Positions 10,337 to 20,260 of a stretch of DNA of 64,000 bases are shown piece by piece. The DNA lies in contig JAZODH010000041.1 in NCBI GenBank assembly GCA_045596925.1, positions 1,594 through 65,593 of the forward strand, written 5' to 3'. The notes under the pieces are model-generated. The model was not told where the DNA came from. It was given only the letters and a program-made list of their open reading frames with translations, and ran no database searches. Source of the DNA: Eubacteriales bacterium. GTDB taxonomy: Bacteria; Bacillota; Clostridia; Oscillospirales; CAG-272. The translations under genes and the position numbers were made by a program. Position 1 is the stretch's first letter; every line of letters begins with the position of its first letter.

Positions 10337-10981
10337 TTAACTCCTTATACCTATATATTTCAGCACATCCGAAAGGGTATCGACCACGGGATAACCCGTT
10401 TCCTCCAAGGCCGCCTTTGACTGGTGTCCTCTTGCAACCAAAATACAGTCAAACCCACATTCACGCGCCACCTGAGCATCGTGGACTGTATCGCCGATAA
10501 GCAGAGACACCGCCTGCGGGTTGTTCTTCTTCCAATTCATGGCGATTCCGATCTTACTCTCTGCCTTTATGTTGTCAAGTCCGAAAACCTCGTCAAAAAA
10601 CTCCGAAATGCCGAGAAATTCAAGCTGTCCCTTCAGCATATCAAGATCGGACGCAGACATGACCGTCTGGCGCAGGCCTGCGGTTCTGAATGCCTCGGAC
10701 ACGGGAGCAACGTCGTCAAAAACCGTGGCTTTAGGCATTCTCTTCATGTATTCCGCCACCCAAAGGGGTGCCACCACGTCATAAGGCTCCTCGGAAAAGT
10801 CAAAGCCTATTCGCTCGTAATATTCGTGAATAGGAAAGCCGAAGACCTCCCTGTATTCGTCAAGTCCGGACAAAGGACGCTTCCCTCTCTGCAAAAGCAG
10901 CAGATTAACGCTCTCGATACCTATTTCCATGTCCGACAGGATCGTGCCGTTAAAGTCCCACAAAATATCAGTATATTTCAT
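10337..10981 (-). CDS. HAD-superfamily hydrolase (phosphoglycolate phosphatase-like)
   Basis: Motif I region ILWDFNGTILSD. Distal LLIGDTVHD motif. Size and layout fit HAD subfamily IA. Confidence 0.75.
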   Translation of the reverse strand: MKYTDILWDFNGTILSDMEIGIESVNLLLLQRGKRPLSGLDEYREVFGFPIHEYYERIGFDFSEEPYDVVAPLWVAEYMKRMPKATVFDDVAPVSEAFRTAGLRQTVMSASDLDMLKGQLEFLGISEFFDEVFGLDNIKAESKIGIAMNWKKNNPQAVSLLIGDTVHDAQVARECGFDCILVARGHQSKAALEETGYPVVDTLSDVLKYIGIRS

Positions 10982-11039
10982 AAATTATTTCCTTTTTTAA
11001 AAACGGGTTGGAACCTATCCAACCCGTTTTCACTTTTTA

Positions 11040-12665
11040 TCAGCTAAGGCTCGCCGTATACAGAGCACAGGGGGTATTTTCGCCTGTAATAAAGCTGTTT
11101 ATTACCTCGCCGTAGGTATCTGCAACAGAGTTTACGATCGCCTCGAATTCCTCATAGGTCTTGCAAGCGTCAAGCTGTGCCTTGACGGAGGCAGAAGCCT
11201 TTGCAAGCTCCTTTGCACTGTCAAAGTCAACGGGAGTCTCCCTTTCCGTGTCAGCGGGGATAACGAAACCGCCGAAGCTATCCTGAACAAAAGGAACCGT
11301 TACAAGATTCTGCTTCTTCGCCATTTCCCATATATTCGCAGGCATTCCGGCATCGGGATATGCAATGAACATATTGCCTGTCTTCGACAGGTCCATATTG
11401 TAGTCGTTTGTAAGCTTGACCATCTCGTCCGTGTACTCATCAAGAATGTAGTTTGTACCCTCAATGCCGTACTGGAAAAGGTTTCTGAATTCCTCGTTGG
11501 TGTTCAGGTATGTTATGACCTCCATAACGCGGTCGAAGATTTTTGTATCAGTAAACGCGGAAACGCCGATAACCGTGCCACAGACCTCCTCCTTGGGGAG
11601 AGCTTTCGAATAAAGCGCAACAATATCTTTATCTGCACCGTCAGCGCACATAGCAGCAAGGTCACCCGTCTTTATCTCAATGGCGTAATTTTCGTCCGCG
11701 CCGGTTCCGCAGTAGCCTGCAAAATCAAACTTTGCGAGAGCGAGAAGCTCGTTCTTGTACGCCTGATTTGCAAAGAGGCTCTCGGGAGCACTCAGAGTAG
11801 AATTCTTGCCATACTGTCCAACAAGGGAGAAGTCGGAAGTGAGCGTGCGTGTTGCCGCATCTGCGCCCATGTAAAGAACATCGTTCATTTCCACTTCCGT
11901 GTTACGAATCGGCGTTACGCCTTCCTTTTCCGACACAAACGCAAGGAAATCGGCAAGGTCGGAAACAGACTTTACAACATCACAGTCAAGACCGAATTCC
12001 TTTGCCAGCTCACGGTTTATCGTAATATATGTAGTCTCAGAGGCAATGGGGTGGTTATTGGGGATAGCGTAAAGTGTGCCGTTCACCCTTGCAGCCTCGA
12101 GAGTTGCGGGATAAATATAGTCGGTGAGCTTCTTGGACGTTCCCTTAACGGAAGAATCAAGAGATGCAAGCCAACCCTTTTCTACATACTCCGTATACTT
12201 TGCATAATCGTCTATAACAACGATATCGATCTGACCGGGTGTGAGAGTAGGATATCTGAGCTCGGCAACGCCGTTCTCTCCGATGACCAGCTCTTCCTCA
12301 ACGGGAGCCGCAGTCTCATCTCCGCTCTCGACCGCCTCTGTATCCTTTGATGCAGTAGTACCGTTCTTCTTCATAAGCTCAAACTGCGCCTCAACTGCCG
12401 CGTAATACTCCTCGGCTATCAGATACGTGATCTCAAGCTTTGTTGTGTACTTGGATTTTATCATGGAGTTGATTTCCTTCTCAACTGCCTCTGCCGCCTC
12501 GTCTGTGGTACCGTCCTCGGTAATCACGTACATGCTGAGGGTAACTGCCGCTCTGGTGGACGTTTCGGATATAACGCCGTCGTCCTCTTCCTTTTTGCTA
12601 CAGGATGAGAAAGCGCAAACAAGCATCGCAAGGCAAAGCATTACACTTAAAATTCTTAATTTCAT
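11040..12665 (-). CDS. lipoprotein resembling family-1 extracellular solute-binding proteins (orphan, no adjacent permeases)
   Basis: ATG 12665 preceded by AAGGAG. Signal peptide with lipobox LVCAFSSC. Length and composition resemble LplA-type sugar-binding lipoproteins. The functional call is weak. Confidence 0.55.
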   Translation of the reverse strand: MKLRILSVMLCLAMLVCAFSSCSKKEEDDGVISETSTRAAVTLSMYVITEDGTTDEAAEAVEKEINSMIKSKYTTKLEITYLIAEEYYAAVEAQFELMKKNGTTASKDTEAVESGDETAAPVEEELVIGENGVAELRYPTLTPGQIDIVVIDDYAKYTEYVEKGWLASLDSSVKGTSKKLTDYIYPATLEAARVNGTLYAIPNNHPIASETTYITINRELAKEFGLDCDVVKSVSDLADFLAFVSEKEGVTPIRNTEVEMNDVLYMGADAATRTLTSDFSLVGQYGKNSTLSAPESLFANQAYKNELLALAKFDFAGYCGTGADENYAIEIKTGDLAAMCADGADKDIVALYSKALPKEEVCGTVIGVSAFTDTKIFDRVMEVITYLNTNEEFRNLFQYGIEGTNYILDEYTDEMVKLTNDYNMDLSKTGNMFIAYPDAGMPANIWEMAKKQNLVTVPFVQDSFGGFVIPADTERETPVDFDSAKELAKASASVKAQLDACKTYEEFEAIVNSVADTYGEVINSFITGENTPCALYTASLS

Positions 12666-12759
12666 TTCTTGACTCCTTATTATAGCTAAGTTCATACGTT
12701 ATTTATTCTACACCAAACGCGCCCAAATGTCAAGGCGCTATTGTAAACAAAATGCAAAA

Positions 12760-13902
12760 TCAATCAAGGAATCCCTTGAGATGTCTTGCTCTGCTGGGGT
12801 GGCGCAGTTTGCGGAGCGCCTTTGCCTCGATCTGGCGGATTCTCTCTCTTGTGATATCAAACTCCTTGCCGACCTCCTCCAGCGTTCTACATCTGCCGTC
12901 ATAGAGACCGAAGCGCAGTCTGATAACGTGCGCCTCACGGGGTGTAAGCGTTCCCAGTTCCTTCTCGATGACCTCGCGCAGAATTGCCGTGGAAGCGGAA
13001 TCGGGAGGTGCAGGTGTATCCTCGTCGGGAATGAAGTCGCCCAAGTGGCTGTCCTCCTCCTCGCCGATAGGAGTTTCCAGGGAAACGGGGTCCTGTGAGA
13101 ATCGCATGATCTCGCGGACCTTATCCGCCTGCATACCCATCTTCTCGCCGATCTCCTCGGCGGTGGCCTCGCGTCCCAGCTCCTGCATCATCTGTCTGGA
13201 ATATCTTGACACCTTGTGGATAGTCTCCACCATGTGAACGGGGATTCGGATAGTTCTTGCCTGGTCGGCGATAGCGCGGGTAATGGACTGGCGGATCCAC
13301 CAGGTAGCGTAGGTGGAGAACTTGTAGCCTTTTGTGTGGTCGAACTTCTTGACTGCCTTCATCAGACCCAGGTTACCCTCCTGGATAAGGTCCAGGAAGA
13401 ACATTCCCTTGCCCACATAGCGCTTTGCGATACTGACGACAAGTCGCAGATTGGCCTCGACCAGCTTGCTCTTTGCCTCTTCGGCTCGCTCGCCGCCCTC
13501 GCCCATCTGCTGTGCCAGCTCAAGTTCCTCTTCGAGTGTGAGAAGCGGAACGCGGCCGATCTCTTTGAGGTACATACGGACGGGGTCGTCGATGGCAAGA
13601 CCCTCGGACTCAAGAAGCTCCGCCATTTTTTCGGGCTTATTGTACTGAGCCACCTCGTTCTCGATCTCGCGGATATCCTCGCCCTCAATCTGCTCGGGAA
13701 TGATGTCTATGCCATTTTCCTCAAGGTCGGCGTAAAGCTTATCCAGCTTATCCATGTCGAAATCCATGGCTTCCATGGCTTCCTCAATGTCGGCACTTGA
13801 CAGCTTTCCCTTCTTGCCTTTCTCTATAAGGGAGACAGTGTCCACCTTTTTCGCGTTTTCTTTAATTTCCGTGTTTTCAGTATTTTCCAAAATTTCTTTC
13901 AT
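12760..13902 (-). CDS. rpoD: RNA polymerase sigma-70 factor RpoD/SigA (full-length copy)
   Basis: 380 aa. [17 protein letters not shown] (region 1.2). [35 protein letters not shown] and [29 protein letters not shown] (regions 2-3.0). [21 protein letters not shown] (region 4.2). Confidence 0.92.
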   Translation of the reverse strand: MKEILENTENTEIKENAKKVDTVSLIEKGKKGKLSSADIEEAMEAMDFDMDKLDKLYADLEENGIDIIPEQIEGEDIREIENEVAQYNKPEKMAELLESEGLAIDDPVRMYLKEIGRVPLLTLEEELELAQQMGEGGERAEEAKSKLVEANLRLVVSIAKRYVGKGMFFLDLIQEGNLGLMKAVKKFDHTKGYKFSTYATWWIRQSITRAIADQARTIRIPVHMVETIHKVSRYSRQMMQELGREATAEEIGEKMGMQADKVREIMRFSQDPVSLETPIGEEEDSHLGDFIPDEDTPAPPDSASTAILREVIEKELGTLTPREAHVIRLRFGLYDGRCRTLEEVGKEFDITRERIRQIEAKALRKLRHPSRARHLKGFLD

Positions 13903-13960
13903 TTTCGTTTTCCTTCAATATAAAGCGTTTCGCCTGATTTTCTTTATATTTTTGCGTCTC

Positions 13961-14989
13961 TTAGTCGATAAATCCTCTGAGGTTCTTTGCATGGCTGTGA
14001 TTTCTCAGCTTGCGGAGCGCTTTCGCCTCGATCTGGCGGATTCGCTCGCGGGTGATCTCAAATTCCTGTCCCACTTCTTCAAGAGTTCTTGCGCGTCCGT
14101 CGATAAGACCGTATCTGAGCTTTATTACCTGCTCCTCGCGGGGAGTCAAAGTGTGAAGCTCGCGCTCGATAGCCTCGCGCATCATCAAAGCTGACGCAGC
14201 CTCGGCAGGAGACGGCGTGTCGTCATCGGGAATAAAATCTCCCAGACGGCTGTCTTCTTCCTCACCGATAGGGGTGTCAAGAGACAACGGCTCCTGCGAA
14301 TAACGGCGGATATCCCGGATCTTTTCGGGGGTCAACCCGATCTTCTCGGAGATCTCCTCGACCGTAGGCTCGCGTCCAAGCTCCTGCTGCATCTGACGTG
14401 AGCATTTTGCGATCTTATGCACCGTTTCAACCATATGTACCGGGATTATCTCCTGTTCTGCAAGAGCACGGGATATGGCTTGGCGTATCCACCAGGTAGC
14501 ATATGTAGAAAACTTGTATCCCTTTGAATAATCGTACTTATCAACCGCCTTCATCAGACCTAGAGTTCCCTCTTGGATCAAGTCAAGGAAAGGCATTCCT
14601 CGTCCCACGTATTTCTTTGCGATGCTGACCACAAGTCGCAGATTGGCGTTGATGAACACCTGCTTTGCGTCCTCATCACCTTCGGAGATGCGGATAGCCA
14701 GCTCCCTTTCCTCCTCGGATTTAAGCAGTGGCACGCGTCCGATCTCCCGCAGGTACATACGAACAGGGTCGTCAATGGTAAGACCGTCCTGCTCTAACAT
14801 GCTCTCCATTCTCTCCGAGGTGTCGTACTTTTCAACCTCCTCATCGGACTCAACGTCCTCCGTTCCTCCGGGGATCATCACACCTTCGCTGCGCAGATCC
14901 TCCAGCATGGCATCAAAAGCATCTTCCTCCGCCTCGGATTTTGGTGTTTCCTCGGGTATTTCAATTTCTTTTATTTCTTCTTTTTTCAA
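13961..14989 (-). CDS. second RpoD-type (group 1/2) sigma-70 factor, shorter paralogue
   Basis: 342 aa. TTG start with GAGGTG SD. Regions 1.2-4.2 are all present and closely match the downstream copy. It lacks most of the N-terminal region and reads [10 protein letters not shown] where the other copy has [13 protein letters not shown]. Confidence 0.85.
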   Translation of the reverse strand: MKKEEIKEIEIPEETPKSEAEEDAFDAMLEDLRSEGVMIPGGTEDVESDEEVEKYDTSERMESMLEQDGLTIDDPVRMYLREIGRVPLLKSEEERELAIRISEGDEDAKQVFINANLRLVVSIAKKYVGRGMPFLDLIQEGTLGLMKAVDKYDYSKGYKFSTYATWWIRQAISRALAEQEIIPVHMVETVHKIAKCSRQMQQELGREPTVEEISEKIGLTPEKIRDIRRYSQEPLSLDTPIGEEEDSRLGDFIPDDDTPSPAEAASALMMREAIERELHTLTPREEQVIKLRYGLIDGRARTLEEVGQEFEITRERIRQIEAKALRKLRNHSHAKNLRGFID

Positions 14990-15008
14990 AATTCACCTCT
15001 CGACCGCG

Positions 15009-16787
15009 TCAGATCTCGTCTTTTTTCTTTTTAAGCGCTTCCCTCTTGCGCCGCAGAGCGGCAAAGGGGTCGTCAGCGCTTTTATCGGCCTGACTCAGTC
15101 TTTCCTTTTTCAGTGTATTTACAGATTCCCGCAAAACCTCCAGTGTGTTTTGCAAAAGCTCTTTTCTGTCTCTGATGTATCTCATCATTCTTCCCATCTC
15201 ATCGGGGTTAAAGTCCTGTCCAAGCAGTGAGAAGGAAAATCCGCCGTCGGATCTTTCAAGCTCCATTATCGACTCAAAAACTCTCCGACCGAAATCGGTA
15301 AAGAAGTCGTCGGTGTCAAGCTCTATTTTACCACTCACAACGGCGGCGCGGTGGTCGTCGTATTGGAGAAGCATGCCGATGATCGCCTCCTCGGCGCTTG
15401 ACATTTTCACGTTCTTTGCCGCGTCGGGATTTACGGTATCTCCGTAGCGGTGAACGCTTTTCAGCGCCTCGCTGCTCTCGTTTTTCCTCATTTCCCGAAC
15501 CATCTTGCGACGATGCCGTTCAACGTCGTTTTTCAGCGTTTCGGGAGACACGTCGATGCGCTTTGCCGCTTCCCTTATATATACTTCCCGTTCAACCGCC
15601 GACGTAACAGAAGCAATTATTTCACAAATTGCCGCCGATGCGCGAATTTTTTGAGCCGTATCGGAAATATTATACCTTGAAAGCACGCCGTTCAGCTTGA
15701 ATTCAAAGCCGGTCTTGCCGCCCTCAAGCAATTTTTTGAAGCGGTCCGCGCCATGCGCCTTTATGTAATCGTCGGGATCCATGTTGTCGGGTATCGTCAG
15801 CACTCTGACCTCAAGTCCCACCTCGGAAAGAAGCCTCATGGCTTTATTGGTGGCATTTTGTCCCGCCGCGTCGCCGTCGTAGGAAATTATGACCTTTTTG
15901 GTATACTTTGCCATAAGACGCGCCTGCTCGGGTGTAATTGCAGTACCCAGCGTCGCCACGGCGTTTTCAAATCCCGCCGCATGGAGCGCAATAACGTCCA
16001 TATAGCCCTCGCAAAGGATCATTTCCTCCGAGCAACAGCTTTTTGCAAAATTCAGGGCAAAAAGGTTACGGCTCTTTTTAAATCCGGGGGTATCCGAGGA
16101 GTTTATATATTTCGGCTTTGAGTTATCAAGGACTCGTCCGCCAAAGGCTATGATATTTCCCGCAACGTCGATTACGGGAAACATGACCTTCCCTCGGAAA
16201 TAGTCGTAGCACCTGCCCGTTTTCTGACTTTTTCCGCAGAGAAACGCGGTGGTCAGCTCGCGATCGGTAAATCCCTTTGATTTCAGGTGATCCGTGAGCA
16301 TATTAAAGCTGTCAGGCGCAAATCCAAGCCCGAAATGCTTTATGGTCGCGCCGCTTAATTTTCTTTTTGCCAGATATTCTCTGCCCGGCGCGCCGATCTT
16401 TTCGTCAAAAAGGCATTGACGGAAGAATTTCGCCGCTTCCAGGTTCATATCGAACACGCGGCGGCGGGAAACCTCGTCGCTCTTTGCGTATTTTTTGTCC
16501 TCGGGGATAGTAATACCCGCCCGCGCCGCAAGAAATTCAACGGCGGAGGGATAGTCAAGGTTTTCCGCTTTTTTTATAAAGGTTATAACGTCGCCGCCCG
16601 CGCCGCAACCAAAGCAGTAAAAGCTCTTTGTGGCGGGAAACACCGTAAAGGACGGAGATTTCTCCGAGTGAAAGGGGCAAAGTCCGCTCATATTGGAGCC
16701 TGCCCGCTTCAGTGAGACGTAAGATCCGATAACGTCGGTAATATCACTTCGGTAAAGGATCTCGTCGATTATTTCTCTGGGGATCAT
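15009..16787 (-). CDS. dnaG: DNA primase DnaG
   Basis: CHC2 zinc finger GLCPFHSEKSPSFTV. TOPRIM motif ILCEGYMDVIAL...YDGDAAG. 592 aa. Confidence 0.95.
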   Translation of the reverse strand: MIPREIIDEILYRSDITDVIGSYVSLKRAGSNMSGLCPFHSEKSPSFTVFPATKSFYCFGCGAGGDVITFIKKAENLDYPSAVEFLAARAGITIPEDKKYAKSDEVSRRRVFDMNLEAAKFFRQCLFDEKIGAPGREYLAKRKLSGATIKHFGLGFAPDSFNMLTDHLKSKGFTDRELTTAFLCGKSQKTGRCYDYFRGKVMFPVIDVAGNIIAFGGRVLDNSKPKYINSSDTPGFKKSRNLFALNFAKSCCSEEMILCEGYMDVIALHAAGFENAVATLGTAITPEQARLMAKYTKKVIISYDGDAAGQNATNKAMRLLSEVGLEVRVLTIPDNMDPDDYIKAHGADRFKKLLEGGKTGFEFKLNGVLSRYNISDTAQKIRASAAICEIIASVTSAVEREVYIREAAKRIDVSPETLKNDVERHRRKMVREMRKNESSEALKSVHRYGDTVNPDAAKNVKMSSAEEAIIGMLLQYDDHRAAVVSGKIELDTDDFFTDFGRRVFESIMELERSDGGFSFSLLGQDFNPDEMGRMMRYIRDRKELLQNTLEVLRESVNTLKKERLSQADKSADDPFAALRRKREALKKKKDEI

Positions 16788-17800
16788 CTCTTGCCTCCCC
16801 AGACCTGAGGAACGTAAAGCTCGTTATAAAGCTCGATGGCATATCTGTCGGTCATGCCCGAGACGTAGTCGCAAACGCAACGCTCAACGCCCTCGTTTTC
16901 AACGTTCACGAAATACTCACGGGGCATTTTTTCGGGATTTTTGCAGAAATATTCATAAAGACTGATGAGAAGCGCCTTTGATTTTGCGTCCTCGTGCTTT
17001 GCCACCTTGTCCTCGTATACGTTCTCAAACATGAATTTACGAAGCGCGTCGGTGGCCTGCTGGATCTCGTCGGTCATTTTGATCTCGGGCTTGTCCGTGC
17101 TGGCGGTTATGATCGAGAGCACCATTCGGTTTATTCTTTCGCTGTGGCGCTCGCCAAGCACCGCGCGAAGCTCGGCGGGAATATCTTCGTGGCGAAGTAT
17201 TCCTGCGCGTACCGCGTCATCTATATCGTGGTTTATGTAAGCGATACGGTCGGCAAATTTGACTATGACGCCCTCAAGAGTCGACGCCATATGCTTACCC
17301 GTGTGGTTTACGATGCCGTCGCGGACCTCCCAGGTAAGATTAAGACCCTTTCCGCCTCTCTCCAACTTTTCAACCACGCGCAGACTCTGCTTGTAGTGAG
17401 CGAACTCGGGATCGTAGCAGGAGCGCATGGCGTCCTCACCCGCGTGGCCAAAGGGGGTATGTCCCAGGTCGTGTCCCAGAGCTATGGCCTCGGTCAGATC
17501 CTCGTTTAGGCGCAGTCCGCGTGCAATGATGCGCGCGATCTGAGTGACCTCCAGGGTGTGGGTCAGACGCGTTCTGTAATGGTCGTCCACGGGCATAAGG
17601 AACACCTGAGTTTTGTGCATCAGGCGGCGGAAGGACGTTGAGTGAATTACCCTGTCACGGTCGCGCTGGAACTCCGTGCGCACGGGGCACGGTGTGTAGG
17701 GGTACTCACGTCCTCGTGTGTTCGAGGTCAGAAAAGCGTAAGGCGACAGCGTGCTTTTCTCTCTTTCAAGGAACAGTTCTCTGATATAGTTTTCCGACAT
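16784..17800 (-). CDS. dgt: dGTP triphosphohydrolase-like HD-domain protein
   Basis: RDRDRVIHSTSFRRLMHKTQVF, RLTHTLEVTQIAR and GHDLGHTPFGHAGE motifs. Overlaps the dnaG start by 4 nt (ATGA). Confidence 0.9.
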   Translation of the reverse strand: MSENYIRELFLEREKSTLSPYAFLTSNTRGREYPYTPCPVRTEFQRDRDRVIHSTSFRRLMHKTQVFLMPVDDHYRTRLTHTLEVTQIARIIARGLRLNEDLTEAIALGHDLGHTPFGHAGEDAMRSCYDPEFAHYKQSLRVVEKLERGGKGLNLTWEVRDGIVNHTGKHMASTLEGVIVKFADRIAYINHDIDDAVRAGILRHEDIPAELRAVLGERHSERINRMVLSIITASTDKPEIKMTDEIQQATDALRKFMFENVYEDKVAKHEDAKSKALLISLYEYFCKNPEKMPREYFVNVENEGVERCVCDYVSGMTDRYAIELYNELYVPQVWGGKR

Positions 17801-17886
17801 TTCCGACCTCCGTTTTTAGTTTTTCTCGTTTTTACATATATAAGATACGCAAAAAAACTTTAATTACTCTTTTTCAATGTGATTTT

Positions 17887-18513
17887 TTATCTGAAATCAA
17901 ATCTTTCCCCGTTTGGCAGCATTTTCAGCTTTCCCCCGCTCATTTCATTGAGCTTGGCTTCAAGCGTGGGCAACGCCTTTTTCTTTACGGCAAATTCGAT
18001 AATTACGTTCTCCTCAAAAACAGTGTTGTCGATTATGACCGAGTTTTTTTCAAGCTCGGACAGGTATTTACTGTAATCCGAGTAGGATATCATGAGGCGC
18101 ATCTGCGCGTATTTTTCGTAGGTCACGATATGTGCCGCCTCGAGTGCCAGAACAGCCGCGTGTGAATATGCGCGGACAAGTCCGCCGGCCCCCAACTGGA
18201 TACCGCCGAAATAGCGGGTAACAACCACGACAGCATCACAGCACCCCGACTTGCGTATAGCGTCAAGGGTTGGCATTCCCGCCGTTCCCTGAGGCTCCCC
18301 GTCGTCGCTGTAACGCTGAGTCATGCCGCCGTCAAGCAGGTATGCGTAGACGTTGTGGGTGGCGTCCCTGTATTGGCTTTTTATCTTTTTTATAAATTCC
18401 AGAGCCTCTGTCTCGGTCTTGACGGGCTTTGCCTGAGAAATGAACACCGAGCGTTTTTCTTCAAATTTGGCCACTCCCTCGTGTTCAAGCGTCGTATATA
18501 ATTCCTCGCTCAC
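17887..18513 (-). CDS. yigZ: YigZ/IMPACT-family (UPF0029) protein
   Basis: KRSVFISQAKPV, DATHNVYAYLL, DDGEPQGTAGMP and VVVTRYFGGIQLG motifs. GTG start with GGGAGG SD. Confidence 0.85.
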   Translation of the reverse strand: MSEELYTTLEHEGVAKFEEKRSVFISQAKPVKTETEALEFIKKIKSQYRDATHNVYAYLLDGGMTQRYSDDGEPQGTAGMPTLDAIRKSGCCDAVVVVTRYFGGIQLGAGGLVRAYSHAAVLALEAAHIVTYEKYAQMRLMISYSDYSKYLSELEKNSVIIDNTVFEENVIIEFAVKKKALPTLEAKLNEMSGGKLKMLPNGERFDFR

Positions 18514-18525
18514 GTTGACCTCCCG

Positions 18526-19317
18526 TTACTTCCCAAATGCTTTGGCAATACCGTTTGCCACCGCATCGCACAGGTCCGACTGCCAGGCAGGATCGAGTAT
18601 CTTCTCCGCGTCGGAGGGCGTGGTGGCAAAGCCCAGCTCAAGGAGCGCCGAGGGAAGATTTGTGTACTTGGTCACGATAAAAGCATTGTCCCAGCTATCC
18701 GCAAATTCTTTTCTCGGCGTGTCGGGAAAGCTTTCTTCAAGGGAGTCGCAGATCGAACGGAAAACCAGCTCGGAATACCTCGACGAGCCGTTTTCGGCAC
18801 AGTAATCTATCTCAAAGCCCTCGGCCGTAGTCGAGGTTGCGCTGGCGTTCACGTGGATCGAAAGGAAATAGTCAGCCTCCCTTTCATTGAGGAGCACGTT
18901 CACATAAACGGCACGCTCGTAGGCATCGAAAACTCCGTTGTCCTTGATGTTTTCCTTTTTGTATTCGATACCGTAGCGGTCTGCCTTTTCGGTCAGCTCC
19001 GTTTCGCTGATATATGTCTCGCCGTCGTGGGTCAAAAGCACCTCGAAGCCCTTTGCTTCAAGCCTGTCCTTGAGCTTGTAAACATAGCTGAGCGTAATAT
19101 CTCTTTCATTTAGACCGTTCAGGTAATCGGAGGTACAGCCGGGGTCTCCAAATCCGTGACCAGCGTCAAGAAGGATAGTCATTTTCCCGTCCTTGCCGGG
19201 CAGTGCTGCTCTGATATCCTCATCGCTGAGGATTTTGCCGTCCTCGGGATCACAGGCAAAAAGGCAGCAAAGCGCCGACAGGCAAAGCAATATGCAAAAC
19301 AACTTTTTCATGTTCAT
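18526..19317 (-). CDS. N-acetylmuramoyl-L-alanine amidase (Amidase_3) lipoprotein
   Basis: Signal/lipobox LSALCCLFAC. Zinc-amidase motifs ILLDAGHGFGDPG and LSIHVNA. C-terminal PSALLELGF. Confidence 0.85.
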   Translation of the reverse strand: MNMKKLFCILLCLSALCCLFACDPEDGKILSDEDIRAALPGKDGKMTILLDAGHGFGDPGCTSDYLNGLNERDITLSYVYKLKDRLEAKGFEVLLTHDGETYISETELTEKADRYGIEYKKENIKDNGVFDAYERAVYVNVLLNEREADYFLSIHVNASATSTTAEGFEIDYCAENGSSRYSELVFRSICDSLEESFPDTPRKEFADSWDNAFIVTKYTNLPSALLELGFATTPSDAEKILDPAWQSDLCDAVANGIAKAFGK

Positions 19318-19397
19318 CTATACGTTTCTCCGTTTTTCGTGCAAGCGCGGTCTATCTTCCTTCAATTATTCTATTATACACGAAATTGCAATCTTTT

Positions 19398-19910
19398 TCA
19401 AGATTTTTTCGCATTAAAAAGCATTTTCTGCTCTTTAATTTTTTCCATTCCCGCGCCGATAGCCTCGTCGCTTCCGCGGCACAAGGCGGCAAGGACTCTA
19501 TTGCCGTAAATTTTCACCGAAAAATCCGCTTCGCCAAGTCCCAGCTTTTTGGCGGTTTTCATGGCAAGGTCAAACCGCACGGCACAAAGTCCGCCCACGG
19601 CCTCTGCCGTGTCGGGGTCGGGACAGTCAAAAACAGAAAGCTCGAAAAGAGACACTCCGCCCGCAAGGTACACCGCACCTCTCACTCCCGAAAAATCAAA
19701 GTCACCGTAAAGCTCCGACAAAAGCTCGTGTGAAAGGTGATCGGGCGCACCCTGCGAGCTTTCGGTGGTGTACACACTTCCCGACACCCTGCTCTCGCAC
19801 GCCTCAGACATGGCAAGCACCGCACCGCGGACGTCCGCCCGCACTCTCTGACATGAGCAAAAGGTCACCGCCAATACAAGAACCGCAAAAACGCTTATTT
19901 TTATTCTCAC
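19398..19910 (-). CDS. hypothetical small lipoprotein
   Basis: GTG start with GAGGAG SD. Signal peptide ending VTFCSC. No family recognised with confidence. Confidence 0.5.
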   Translation of the reverse strand: MRIKISVFAVLVLAVTFCSCQRVRADVRGAVLAMSEACESRVSGSVYTTESSQGAPDHLSHELLSELYGDFDFSGVRGAVYLAGGVSLFELSVFDCPDPDTAEAVGGLCAVRFDLAMKTAKKLGLGEADFSVKIYGNRVLAALCRGSDEAIGAGMEKIKEQKMLFNAKKS

Positions 19911-20028
19911 TCTGCCATCTCCTCTTATAAATATTCTCTCAGCACTATTAAATTCACCAAACCAAACCGTTATTTAGCCGTTTTTTTGTCCAAAAATCAC
20001 AATGATATCGCATTATTTCAAAAAAGGG

Positions 20029-20058
20029 TTGACAAAAAGGTGAATTTGTGTGTATAAT
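20029..20058 (+). promoter_or_regulatory. candidate sigma-70 promoter of the aro operon leader
   Basis: TTGACA (20029-34), 18-nt spacer, TATAAT (20053-58). Consensus hexamers with a slightly long spacer. Confidence 0.5.
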
Positions 20059-20090
20059 TAAACATCGAAATTTTGCAGGAGGAACATACC

Positions 20091-20165
20091 ATGATGAACA
20101 CAGCTTATCGATTTTATTATTTTTCATGGGGTTATCTGTTCAATTCTGCGAGATCGGCGCGTTAA
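20091..20165 (+). CDS. candidate 24-codon leader peptide MMNTAYRFYYFSWGYLFNSARSAR (aromatic-codon cluster)
   Basis: AGGAGGA (20077-83) lies 7 nt upstream of the ATG. 8 of the 12 codons at 20106-20141 are Tyr/Phe/Trp. TAA stop at 20163-65. Too short for the ORF track. Sits between the promoter and an intrinsic terminator, in front of pheA. Confidence 0.6.
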   Translation: MMNTAYRFYYFSWGYLFNSARSAR

Positions 20166-20211
20166 CGGAAGATAACTTTCGTGTGCCGTGGTCAAATAAT
20201 ATACAGATAGC

Positions 20212-20260
20212 CCGTTGTCATATGCAGAATTTGCATGGTGATAACGGATTTTTTATTTTT
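20212..20260 (+). terminator. intrinsic terminator (attenuator) in the aro operon leader
   Basis: CCGTTGTCATATGCA / TGCATG(G)TGATAACGG hairpin of ~16 bp with one bulge and two G-U pairs (20212-20247). Followed by A-TTTTTT-A-TTTTT. Ends 23 nt before the pheA ATG. Confidence 0.75.
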
